Shown here one piece after another: positions 29,439 through 43,200 of a DNA stretch of 64,000 nucleotides. The notes beneath the pieces are model-generated. The model was not told the origin of the DNA. It did no database searches and saw nothing but the letters and a program-made list of their open reading frames with translations. How positions within the stretch are numbered: the stretch's first letter is position 1; every line of letters begins with the position of its first letter. This DNA comes from the human T2T-CHM13v2.0 reference genome, Homo sapiens: NCBI RefSeq assembly GCF_009914755.1, contig NC_060927.1. One strand, given 5' to 3'. A program made the translations under genes and the position numbers.

Positions 29439-29773
29439 ATGTTTGTTTGTTTTTTGAACTCAAGGAAGAACTTTAAGTCACCAGTGTGATTCACCAAAGT
29501 TGAATGTGAAAAAGGAACAGGGGAAAATGAAAGAACTAACTTGATAGTAAACCTGAAAACAATTACAATTCATACTTTCACTGAAAGTGATTGGACAGAG
29601 GGACAATAAGGTTACAGAAAAAGCCAGAAAATAGGATAATTTGTCAAAATGGGTGTAAGAATCAGCACACAAGACTTGGAAGAGAATTTGTTGTGAAAAG
29701 CAAGATGTCCCTAAGCAAGTATTGTCCTATTGAAGGGTCCTGAAATAAGGAAAAGAGAACAGAACACATTTTT

Positions 29774-30789
29774 TTTTCATTATACTTTAAGTTCTAGGGT
29801 ACATGTGCACAACGTGCAGGTTTGTTACATATGTATACGTGTGCTATGTTGGTGTGCTGCACCCATTAACTCATCATTCACATTAGGTATATCTCCTAAT
29901 GCTATCCCTCCCCCCTCCCCCCACCCCCCAACAGGCCCCAGTGTGTGATGTTCCCCACCCTGTGTCCATGTGTTCTCATTGTTCAGTTCCCACCTATGAA
30001 TGAGAACATGTGGTGTTTGGTTTTCTGTCCTTGCAATAGTTTGCTCAGAATGATGGTTTCCAGCTTCATCCATATCCCTACAAAGGACATGAACTCATCC
30101 TTTTTTATGGCTGCATAGTATTCCATATTGTATATGTGCCACATTTTCTTAACCAATCTATCATTGATGGACATTTGTGTTGGTTTCAAGTCTTTGCTAT
30201 TGTGAATAGTGCCACAATAAACATACGTGTGCATGTGTCTTTATAGCAGCATGATTTATAATCCTTTGGGTATATAAAGCAATGGCAACAAAAGCCAAAA
30301 TTGACAAATGGGATCTAATTAAACTAAAGAGCTTATGCATAGCAAAAGAAACTACCATCTGAGTGAACACGCAACCTACAGAATGGGAGAAAATTTTTAC
30401 AATCTACCCATCTGATAAAGGGCTAATACCCAGACTCTACAAAGAACTTAAACAAATTTGCAAGAAAAAACCAAACAACCCCATCAAAAAGTGGGTGAAG
30501 GATATGAACAGACACTTCTCAAAAGAAGACATTTATGCAGCCAACAGACACATGAATAAAATGCTCATCATCACTGGCCATCAGAGAAATGCAAATCAAA
30601 ACCACAATGAGATACCATCTCACACCAGTTAGAATGGCGATCATTAAAAAGTCAGGAAACAACAGGTGCTGGAGAGGATATGGAGAAACAGGAACATTTT
30701 TACACTGTTGGTGGGACTGTAAAAATGTTCAACCATTGTGGAAGACAGTGTGGCAATTCCTCAAGTATCTAGAACTAGAAATACCATTT
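29774..30789 (-). mobile_element. L1PA4/5-like element with a 5' inversion (twin priming)
   Basis: Minus-strand 3' part 29774-30276 and inverted part 30277-30789; 16-bp TSD AACA[G/C]AACACATTTTT (29758-29773, 30790-30805). Confidence 0.93.
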
Positions 30790-33700
30790 AACACAACACA
30801 TTTTTATAGAATCAAATGAACATACTCACTGGGAGTCATGAAGTAATGTGCTATATTCTCACAAGTTTTTTTTTTAATAAGAAAACTATCAGCAATTACT
30901 CAATTTTCAAGAGTTATCTTTCAGGCCTAATGGGAAACAGGCTATTCTAAGATTGTTTGATTAATATATTTTCTGAAATAAGATAGATAAAATGCCTTAA
31001 AGAAAGAGAAAGAAAACCCATGGTTTCCTGGAAGGTGATCTTTTAGGTCTTGTTGAATTTACCTTCTACTTCCTGTCCCCCTTGCCAACTTGTTGGGTCT
31101 GTCAACTGGAGAATGACAAGGTTCATAAATTTGGAAAGGAGAGATTTATTTCTCTTAAAGGTTTGGAGCCTGTAGGGTGGCCATTCTGAAAGGCTGGGAA
31201 ACATAGCCTCCAGCAAGAAGCCAAAAACAGAGACTGGAGGGGCAATGAGAGCAGGAATTTATGCTGAGTGAGGTAGCTGAATATGCATTTTCAATAAGCT
31301 ATAGGAAGAGCCATGAATATTTATGAAAGGAGAAAGTGTGCATATGCAATTAAGCTTCCTGCCCCTTCATGGATCCAATATTAAAAATAAATAGCAGTGT
31401 TAGCAGGATCCAAGGGTGGAGTTTTCAGCCTTCTGATTTCAAAATGTGAAGCAGAGGACAAGAAAATGTGTACTGTGCATCCTCTGTAGAATGGCCAGAA
31501 CCATTCTATGGTTGACCGTCTCTTTTATTTTATTTTTATTGTTATACTTTAAGTCCTGGGGTACATGTACAGGATGTGTAGGTTTGGTATATAGGTATGC
31601 ACGTGCCATGGTGGTTGGCTGCACCCATCAACCAATCATCTGCATTAGGTATTTCTCCTAATGCTATACCTTCCCTTGCCCCTCACTCCCTGAACAGGCC
31701 CCATGTGATCTTCCCCTCCCTGTGTCCGTGTATTCTCATTGTTCAGCTCCCACATATGAGTGAGAATATGCAGTGTTTGCTTTTCTGTTCTTGTGTTAGT
31801 TTGCTGAGAATGATGGTTTCCAGCTTCATTCATGTCCCTGAAAAGGACATGAACTCATCCTTTTTTATGGCTGCATAGTATTTCATGGTGTCTATGTGCC
31901 ACATTTTCCTTATCCAGTCTATCATGGATGGGCATTTGAGTTGGTTCCAAGTCTTCGGTATTGTGAACAGTGCTGCAATAAACATATGTGTGTATGTGTC
32001 TTTATAGTAGCATGATTTTTAATCCTTTGGGTATATACCCATTAATGGGATTGCTGGGTCAAATTATATTTCAGGTTCTAGATCCTTGAGGAATAACCAC
32101 GCTGTCTTCCACAATGGTTGAACTAATTTACACTCCTACCAACAGCGTAAAAGCGTTCCTATTTCTCCATATCCTCTCCAGCATTTGTTGTTTCCTGACT
32201 TCTTAATGATCGCCATTCTAACTGGTGTGAGATGATATCTCACTGTGGTTTTGATTTGCATTTCTCTAATGACCAGTGATGATAAGCTTTTTTTCATATG
32301 TTTGTTGGCTACATAAATGTCTTCTTTTGAGGAGTGTCTGTTCATATCCTTTGCCCACTTTTTGATGGGGTTGTTTGTTTTTTTCTTGTAGATTTGTTTA
32401 AGTTCTTTGTAGATTCTGGATATTAGCCCTTTGTCAGATGGATAGATTGTGAAAATTTTCTCCCATTCTGTAGGTTGCGTGTTCACTCTGATGATAGTTT
32501 CTTTTGCTGTGCAGAAGCTCTTTAGTTTAATTAGATCTCGTTTGTCAATTTTGGTTTTTGCTGCCATTGCTTTTGGTGTTTTAGACATGAAGTCCTTGCC
32601 CATACCTATGTCCTGAATGGTATTGCCTAGGCTTTCTGCTGGGGTTTTTATGGTTTTAGATCTGAATGTTTAAGTCTTTAATCCATCTTGAGTTCATTTT
32701 TGTATAAGGTGTAAGGAAGGGATGCAGTTTCAGCTTTCTGCTTTTGCCTAGCCAGTTTTCCCAACACCATTTATTAAATAGAGAATCATTTCCCTATTGC
32801 TTGTTTTTGTCAGGTTTGTCAAAGTTCAAATGGTTGTAGATGTGTGGTGTTATTTCTGAGGCCTGTGTCCTGTTCCATTGGTCCATGTTTCTGTTTTGGT
32901 ACCAGTACCATGCTGTTTTGGTTACTGTAGCCTTGTAGTATACTTTGAAGTCAGGTCACATGATGCCTCCAGCTTTGTTTTATTTTTTATTTTTTTGCTT
33001 AGGATTGCCTTGGTTATGCGGGCTCTTTCTTGGTTCCATATGAAATTTAAAATAGTTTTTTGAATTCCATGAAGAAAGTCAATGGTAGCTTGATGGGGAT
33101 AGCATTGAATCTATAAATTACTTTGGGCAGTATGGCCATGTTCATGATATTGATTCTTCCTATCCATGAGCATGGAATGCTTTTCCATTTGTTTGTGTCC
33201 TCTCTTATTTCCTGGAGGACTGGTGTGTCATTCCCATTGAAGAGGTCCTTCACATCCCTTGTAAGTTGGATTCCTAGGTATTTTATTCTCTTTGTAGCAA
33301 TTGTGAATGGGAGTTCACTCATGATTTGGCTCTCTGTTTGTCTGTTATTTGTGTAGAGGAATGCTTGTGATTTTTGCTCACTGATTTTGTATCCTGAGAC
33401 TTTGCTGAAGCCGCTTATCGGCTTAAGGAGATTTGGGCTGAGACGATGGGGTTTTCTAAATATACAATCATGTCATCTGCAAACAAAGACAATTTGATTT
33501 CCTCTTTTTCTATTTGAATGTCCTTTATTCCTTTCTCTTGTCTAATTGCCCTGGCCAGAACTTCCAATACTATGTTGAATAGGAGTGGTGAGAGAGGGCA
33601 TCCTTGTCTTGTGTCAATTTTCAAAGGGAATGCTTCCAGTTTTTGCCCAGTCAGTATGAGATTGGCTGTGGGTTTGTCATAAATAGCTCTTATTATTTTG

Positions 33701-34702
33701 AGATATGTTCTATCAATACCTATTTTATTTAGAGCTTTTAGCATGAAGCGCTGTTGAGTTTTGTCAAAGGCCTTTTCTGCATTGATTTAGATAATCATGT
33801 GGTTTTTGTCATTGGTTCTATTTATGTGATGAATTATGTTTATTGATTTGCATATGTTGAACCAGCCTTACATCCCAGGGATGAAGCTGACTTGTTCGTG
33901 GTGGTTAAGCTTTTTGATGTGCTGCTGGATTAGGTTTGCCAGTAGTTTATTGAAGATTTTTGCACTGATGTTCATCAGGGATATTGGCCTTAAATTTTCT
34001 TTTTTTGTTGTGTCTCTGCCGGGTTTTGTTACCAGGATGATGCTGGCCTCATAAAAAGGGTTATGGAGGGTTCCCCCTTTTTCTATTGTTTGGAATAGTT
34101 TCAGAAGGAATGGTACCAGTTCCTCTTTTGACCTCTGGTAGAATTTGGCTGTGAATCCATCTGGTCCTGGACTTTTTTGGTTGGTAGGCTATTAATTACT
34201 GCCTCAATTTCAGAACTTGTTATTGGTCTATTCAGGGATTTGACTTCTTCCTGGCTTAGTCTTGTGAGGGTATATGTGTCCAGGAATTTATCCCTTCCTT
34301 CTAGATTTCCTAGTTTATTTGCCTAGAGATATTTATAGTATTCTCTGATGGTAGTTTGTATTTCTGTGGGATGAGTGGTGATATCCCTTTTATCATTTTT
34401 TATTGTGTGTATTTGATTCTCCTCTCTTTTCTTCTTTATTAGTCTTGCTAGTGCTCTATATATTTTGTTGATATTTTCGAAAAACCAGTTCCTGGATTTA
34501 TTGATTTTCTGATGGGATTTTTGTTCTTTATCTCCTTCACTTCTGCTCTGATCTTAGTTATTTCTTGTTTTCTGCTAGCTTTTGAATTTGTTTGCTCTTG
34601 CTTCTCTAGATCTTTTAATTGTGATATTGGGTGTCAATTTTAGATCTTTCCTGCTTTCTCTTGTGGGCATTTACTGCTATAAATTTTCCTCTAAACACAG
34701 CT

Positions 34703-35575
34703 TTAAATGTGTCCTGGAGATTCTGGTACACTGTCTTTGTTCTCATTGGTTTCAAAGAACATCTTTATTTCTGCCTTCATTTCTTTATTTACCCAGTAGT
34801 CAATCTGGAGCAGGTTGTTCAGTTCCCATGTATCTGTGTGGTTTTGAGTGAGTTTCTTAATCCTGAGTTCTAATTTGATTGCACTGTGGTCTGAGAGACT
34901 GTTTGTTATGGTTTCTATTCTTTTGCATTTTCTGGGGAGTATTTTACTTCCAATTATTTGGTCAATTTTAGAATAAGTGCGACGTGGTGCTGAGAAGAAT
35001 GTATATTCTGCTGATTTGGGGTGGAGAGTTCTGTAGATGTCTGTTAGGTCTGCTCGGTCCAGAGCTGAGTTCAGGTCTCGAATATCCTTGTTAATTTTCT
35101 GTCTTGTTGATCTGTCTAATATTGATGGTGGGGTGTTAAAATCTCCCACTATTACTGTGTGGGAGTCTAAGTCTCTCTGTAGGTCTCTAAGAACTTGCTT
35201 TATGAATCTAGGTGCTCCTGTATTGGGTGCATATATATTTAGGATAGTTAGCTTTTCTTGTTGCATTGATCCCTTTACCATTATGTGGTGCCCTTCTTTT
35301 TCTCTTTTGATCTTTGTCGGTTTAATTTCTCTTTTATCAGAGACTAGGATTGCAACCCCTGCTTTACTTTGCTTTCGATTTGCTTGATAAATATTCGTCC
35401 ATCCCTTTATTTTGAGCCTATGTGTGTCTTTGCATGTGAGATGTGTCTCCTGAACACAGCACACCAACGGTTCTTGACTCTTTATCCAATTTGCCAGTCT
35501 GTGTCTTTTAATTGGGGCGTTTAGCCAGTTTACATTTAATGTTAGTATTGTTATATGTAAACCTGATCCTGTCAT
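34703..35575 (-). pseudogene. L1 ORF2 N-terminus: open 290-codon frame spanning the whole APE-like endonuclease domain
   Basis: MTGS-LNVN, QETH, NIYAP, GDFN, SKID and SDH motifs are all in one frame. Confidence 0.9.
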
Positions 35576-35684
35576 TATGATGCTAGCTGGTTATTTTGCC
35601 CATTAGTTGATGCAGTTTCTTTATAGTGTTGATGGTCTTTACAATTTGGTATGTTTTTGAAGTGGCTGATAACAGTTCCTTTCT

Positions 35685-36811
<1,127 letters not shown>

Positions 36812-39800
36812 TAACAGTTCCTTTCTATGTTTGGTGCTTCCTTCAGGAGCTCTTGTAAGGCAGGCCTGGTGGTGAAAAAATCTTTCGCATTTGCTTGTCT
36901 GTAAAGGATTTTACTTCTTTGCTTATGAAGTTTACTTTGGCTGGATATGAAATTCTGGGTTGATAATTCTTTTCTTTAAAAATGTTGAATATTGGCCACT
37001 GCTCTCTTCTGGCTTGTAGGGTTTCTGCAGAGAGATCCACTGTTAGTCTGATGGGCTTCCCTTTGTGGTTAACCCGACCTTTCTCTCTGGCTGCCCTTAA
37101 CATTTTTTCCTTCATTTCCACCTTGGTGAATCTGATGATTATGTGTCTTCTGGTTGCTCTTCTAGAGGAGTATCTTTGTGGTGTTCTCTGTGTTTTCTGA
37201 GTTTGTATGTTGGCTTGTCTTGCTAGGTTGAGGAAGTTCTACTGGAAAATATCCTGAAGAGTGTTTTCCAACTCGGGTCTATTCTCCCCATCACTTTCAG
37301 GTACACCAATCAAACATAAATTTGTTTTTTTCATATACTCCCATATTTCTTGGAGGTTTTGTTTGTTCTTTTTCATTCTTTTTTTCTCTAATCTTATCTT
37401 CTTGCTTTATTTCATTAAGTTGACCTTCAATCTCTGATATCCTTTCTTGCACTTGATTGATTCGGCTATTGATACTTGTGTATGCTTCATGAAGTTCTCA
37501 TGCTATGTTTTTCAGCTCCATCAAGTCATTTATATTCTTCTTTAAACTGGTTATTCTAGTTAGCAATGAGTCTAACCTTTTTTCAAGGTTCTTAGCTTCC
37601 TTACATTGAGTTAGAACATGCTCCTTTAGCTCAGAGGAGTTTGCTATTACCCACCTTCTGAAGCCTACTTCTGTCAATTCTTCAAAATCATTCTCTGTCC
37701 AGTTTTGTTCCCTTGCCAGTGAGGAGTTGTGATCCTTTGGAGGAGAAGAGGTGTTCTGGCTTTTGGAATTTTCAGCCTTTTTGCGCTGGTTTCTCCCCAT
37801 CTTCATGGATTCTTCTACCTTTGGTCTTGGATGTTTGTGACCTTCGTATTGGGTCTCTGAGTGGATGTCCTTTTTGTTGATGTTGATGCTATTCCTTTTT
37901 GTTTGTTAGTTTTTCTTCTAACAGTCAGGCCACTCTGCTGCAGGTCTGCTGGAGTTTGTTGGAGCTCCACTCCATAACCTGTTTGCCTGTGTATCACTAG
38001 TGGAGGCTGCAAAACAGCAAAGATTGCTGCCTGTTTCTTCCTCCGGAAGCTTCATCTCAGAGGGGCACCCACCAGATGCCAGCTAATACTCTCCTGTATG
38101 AAGTGTCTGTTGACCCCTGCGGGGAGGTATCTCCCAGTCAGGAGACACGGGGGTCAGGGACCCACTTGAGGAGGCTGTCTGACCCTTAGCAGAGCTTGAA
38201 TGCTGTGCTGGGAGATCTGCTGCTCTCTTCAGAGCCATCAGGCAGGGACTTTTAAGTCTGCTGAAGCTGTGTCCATAGCCATCCCTTACCCCAGGTGCTC
38301 TGTCCCAGGGAGATGGGAGTTTTATCTATAAGTCCCTGACTGGGGCTGCTGCCTTTTTTTCAGAGATGCCCTGCTCAGAGAGCAGGAATCTAGAGAGGCA
38401 GTCTGGCCACAGCAGCCTTGCTGAGCTGTGGTGGGCTCTGCCCAGTTTGAACTTCCCAGTGGCTTTGTTTACACTGTAAGGGTAAAACCGCCTACTCAAG
38501 CCTCAGCAAGGGTGGACACCCCTCCCCCCACCAAGCTTGAGCGAGCATCCCAAGTCGACCTCAGACTGCTGTGCTGGCAGCGAGAATTTCAAGCCAGTAC
38601 ATCTTAGCTTGCTGGGCTCCGTGGAGGTGGGACCCACTAAGCCAGACCACTTGGCTCCCTGGCTTCAGCCCCCTTTCCAGGGGAGTGAACAGTTCTATCT
38701 CACTGGCATTCCAGGTGCCACCGGGGTATGAAGAGAAAAACTCCTGCAGCTAGTTGGGTGTCTGTCCAAACGGCGCCCAGTTTTGTGTTGAAACCCAGAG
38801 CCCTGGTGGCATAGGCACTGGAGGGAATCTCCTGGTCTGCAGGTTGTGAAGACTGTGGGAAAAGCCCAGTATCTGGGCTGGAGTGCTCCGTTCATCACGG
38901 CATAGTCCCCTACAGTTTGCCTTCGTTAGGGAAGGGAAATCCCCTGACCCCTTATGCTTCTCAGGTGAGGTGACCCCTCACCCTGCTTTGGCTCACACTC
39001 CGTGGCCTGCACCCACTGTCCAACCAGTTCCAATGAGATGAACCAGGTACCTCAGCTGGAAATCTAGAAATCACCCACCTTCTGTGTTGATCTCAGTGGA
39101 AGCTGCCGGCCAGACCTGTTCCTATTTGGCCATCTTGCCAGCCAACTCCCTGGTTGGTGGTCTCTTATCAGGAAGAAATGCTGGTTGGTAGAGAGGGGCA
39201 GCAGTCATGTGGTTGGTTGATATTAGTGGTACAAGGGTTGAGTTCTGTTTATCCCTTAGAGAAGAAAACGTAAGGGCAGTTAGAGAGCAAGGGGGTGTCA
39301 TGAGAGGTGTCTGACCTCCCATCCCAGCATGGCCAATAACTCAGTTTTCAAAGTTACTCTGGGGTCCCCTTGGCCAAGAGGAGTTCTTTTCAGTGTGTTG
39401 GGGGCTTAGGATTTCATTTTTATTTCTCAGGCTTCACATCATTTGTTTTTGAATCAATTTCTTATTTAATTTAATTTGCCTTTCATACTTTTCATTCTCA
39501 AAGTTCTTTGGGATCTAGGATCTTAGAAAGGTCTCCAAGTTGGAGCTATCTGATGACTTTCTCCTCACTCTCAAAAATGTGTTTAGAATTCATCCCAATA
39601 GCCTTGCTGGAGATGAGCTCAGCAAGTGTAGCAATTTGCCCCTCTGTTGTCCTGCAAATATGGTTATCATTGAGTATGAAGTACACCTCAAATACAGGAT
39701 TGGCTTCTAAGTTAATCAGAGAAGTTCTAGAAGTAGCAGAAGGGGGAACCTCCAGAAGCAAATGCAGACTCTGAGAGTGAGAATACTGTAAATTAGTTGC

Positions 39801-40228
39801 CTTATGACCTGGGCCTTCCTGCCAGTTATAAATAGTGGATTCTCCAGTTCTTTTAACCCCTGAAGCATCATCTACTGATAGAGAGAAATTCTGCCTGTAC
39901 TTAAACCATCAATTAGAGTGGGGGCTAAATGTGATATGAGTAAAATAGCTTGCATCTTCTGGGAGGCAGATAATACTTACAGGTTGCGTATTTTAAAAAA
40001 ATATATAACTGCTTCTTTTTATCACATTTGGACACTTCATATTGCCAGGCCATTTTATAAAAACCACATATAAATAGATAAAAAGGCAGATAGCTAACTG
40101 GATACATAGGTAAATTTTTAAATGGGTAAAGCCAAATTCCATAGGCAGTAGTTTTTAAAGATAAATAGGATAAGTTGGTACTCTTAACTCAGAACAAGGG
40201 AAATTTGGCTTTAGAAAAATGGTAAGTT

Positions 40229-43200
40229 TTGTTTTTCTCCAAGATGGAAGATGAGAAGCTTTTAGCATGCCTCAGCAACTTGAAAAGAACAAAATAATGT
40301 ATAAAGACTAACTCTGAGAACTTTAGTTCAAGAAGGAAAATGGGAATTCACTGGAATAGTGAAGGACTATTCAGACCCTGGGAAGGAGAAGGTGAGTGAG
40401 TAGCCCCTGTGACAGGATTTAGCTGATAATTTTGAGTGAAGCCCATGAAAGGAACAGGCAGTTTCCTTCTATGACTCACCTTTTCACTATGGATGTGTGC
40501 AACCCAGGTCAAGGAAAAGCACCCTGTTTCTCCCAAGCCCTGGAGCTAACTTGGGGAGAAGCTGAGAGATGGAGAGAAGGAAAGACACCAGGAAAACCTG
40601 CAGATATGTTCTCAGACCTGGGGCTGAGGGAAGGCTGCCATTTTTAATCTGGGCTCATACAAAGTCAGACACTGACGACCGGGTAGTAGTGGCCACAACA
40701 GGCATTTTAGTCTCAGGCTAGAGATTGTAGTATTTGCTGTGGAGCAAGGGAAGGGACCCCATAACCAGAATTGAGCTTTGAGTGCCCCAGTAACAGGCGA
40801 AGGAATTAGGCTTTATCCTGTTACAGGGCTGGAAGTTCTCTCCCGCTCTAGAACTGTTATGACAGAAAGCTGCTTCAGCCAAGGTTTCCCCCGGGCACTG
40901 AAACTTGCAACCAGGAACAGTTTTGTGACCTGGAACCAGTCTGCCTGTGTCATTGATGGGCACCATAGCCTACTCCCTCAGTCACTTGGGGGACAGTGCC
41001 CCATCAGCTATAAAGAGCAGAAAGAAGGTGAATCCCAGACCCCTGGAGATCTAACTCTCAGCATAGTCTGCCCCTAGGGAAGAGGGAAATGCAGCCTACC
41101 AAAGCTCTGTCTGGGTCAAAGGAAACGTGAACATGGGACCAGCTGCCGAAGGTGGCACCACCAAACCCTGATGGGAATGGATGTGGAGAAGGGGTCATCT
41201 ATTGTTCCCGATCCCTTCTCGAGGCACTGTTCTAGAGTTGGCAGTAGCTCTTCCCATCAGCCCTGGAGGGGGGCATGGGCTGAAAGAGACCACTTCTTGG
41301 CTTCTGCAGTGGTTTCACTCCCACTAAAGGTGAACTGTGTGCTGGCGGAGGGTGTTTTTCATGCTTCTCTGTTGCCTCCATGCCCACCCCTACCTTCCAG
41401 CTCTTGCTCTTAGGTGCCATTTACTGGAATGCAGCCTGAATTACACCACCAAATAAAAATGTATTGCCACAAGCAACGTCTGAAAAAGCCGCTGCACAAA
41501 CTTATCTACAACCAAAGAACCTGTACAGAGCCCCGGCACCCTGAGAGCACACAGAAACAAAAATAACAGACCATACACAATATACACCACAATCATACTC
41601 CAAGGGAAAAAAAGAATGAAAAAGTCAAGAAGCTCCATCCAATAGTAAATTAAAAACAAAGCATCAGATTCCTCAGATGAGAAGGAACCCACATAAGAAC
41701 TTTGGAAATACAAAAAAGCAGCGTGTTTCATCCCCTCCAAAGGACCTCACTATCTCTCAAGAAATGGATACTAATGAGAATGAAATATTGGAAATGATAG
41801 ATACAGACTTCTGAATATGGATGGCAAAGAAAATGAGATCCAAGAGAAACTGAAAATGCAACACAAAGAAGTCAGAAAAGCAATCCAAGATTTGGAAAAT
41901 GACATAGCTATATTTAAAAAGAACCTACCAGAACTCCTGGAATTGAAAAATTCACTACAGGAATTTGAAATATGATTGGAAACCTCAATAACAGATTATA
42001 TCAAACAGAAAAAAGAATCTGAGAGCACAAAAATCAATCCTTTAAATCAGCCTACTCAGACAATTTACAGAAAAATGAATTAAAGAGAAAAAAGCCTTCA
42101 AGCTATATAGGATTATGTAAATTGGTCAAATCTATGACTTACTGACATTCCTAAGAGAAAAGAGAAAGTAAGCAACTTAGAAAATATATTTGATAATATA
42201 ATTCAGAAAAATTTCCCCAAGCTTGCTAGACAGATGAATATACAGATACCAGAAATCCAGAGGAGTCCTGCAAGATATTATACAAGATGACCATCCTCAA
42301 GGCACATGGTCATCATACTATCCAATATCAACGTGAAAGAAAAAAATCTTAAAAGAAGCTAGAAAAAAAGGCTCATATTATCTATAAAGGGAAATCCATC
42401 AACCTAATTGTGGACTTCTCAGCAGAAACATGACAAGCCAGAAGAGATTTGGGGCCATTTTTAGCATTCCTAAAGAAAAGAATGCCAGCTAAGAATTCTA
42501 TGTCCTGCCAAACTAAGCTTCATAAGTGAAGGAGAAAGAAAATCTTTCTCAGGCAAGCAGTCATTAAAGGAATTTTTCACCATCCCACCAGCCCTACAAG
42601 AGATGCTTAAGGGAGTTCTAAACATGGAAATTAAAGAATACTTGCTTCCACAAAAGCATATATATAAGTACGTAGCCCACAGATCTTACAAAAAGCAAGT
42701 ACACCACAGCCCTCTACAGAATACTACATCCAAAAATCACAGAATATACATTCTTCTCATCTGCACATGGAACATACTTTAAGAATTACCATATGCTTGG
42801 TCATAAACCAAGGCTCAGTAAATTCAAAAACTTCAGAATCATACCAAGCATCTTCCCAGACCACAGTGGAATAAAAATAGAAATCAATAACAAGAAGAAC
42901 TCACCAAACCACACAAACACATGGAAATTAAACAACTTGCTCCTGTGTGTTTTTGAGTAAGCAATGAAATTAAGGCAGAAATCAAAACATTCTTTGAAAC
43001 ATATAAAACTAGAGACATAACTTAACCAAACCTCTGGGATATATGGCAAAAGCGGTGTTAAGAGGAACGTTTACAGTACTAAACACCTACATCAAAAAAA
43101 TAGAAAGATCTCAAATTAACAACCTAACTTCAATCTAAAAGAACTGTGAAAACAAGAACAAACTAAACCCATGGCTAGAAGAAGAAAAGAAATAACTAAA

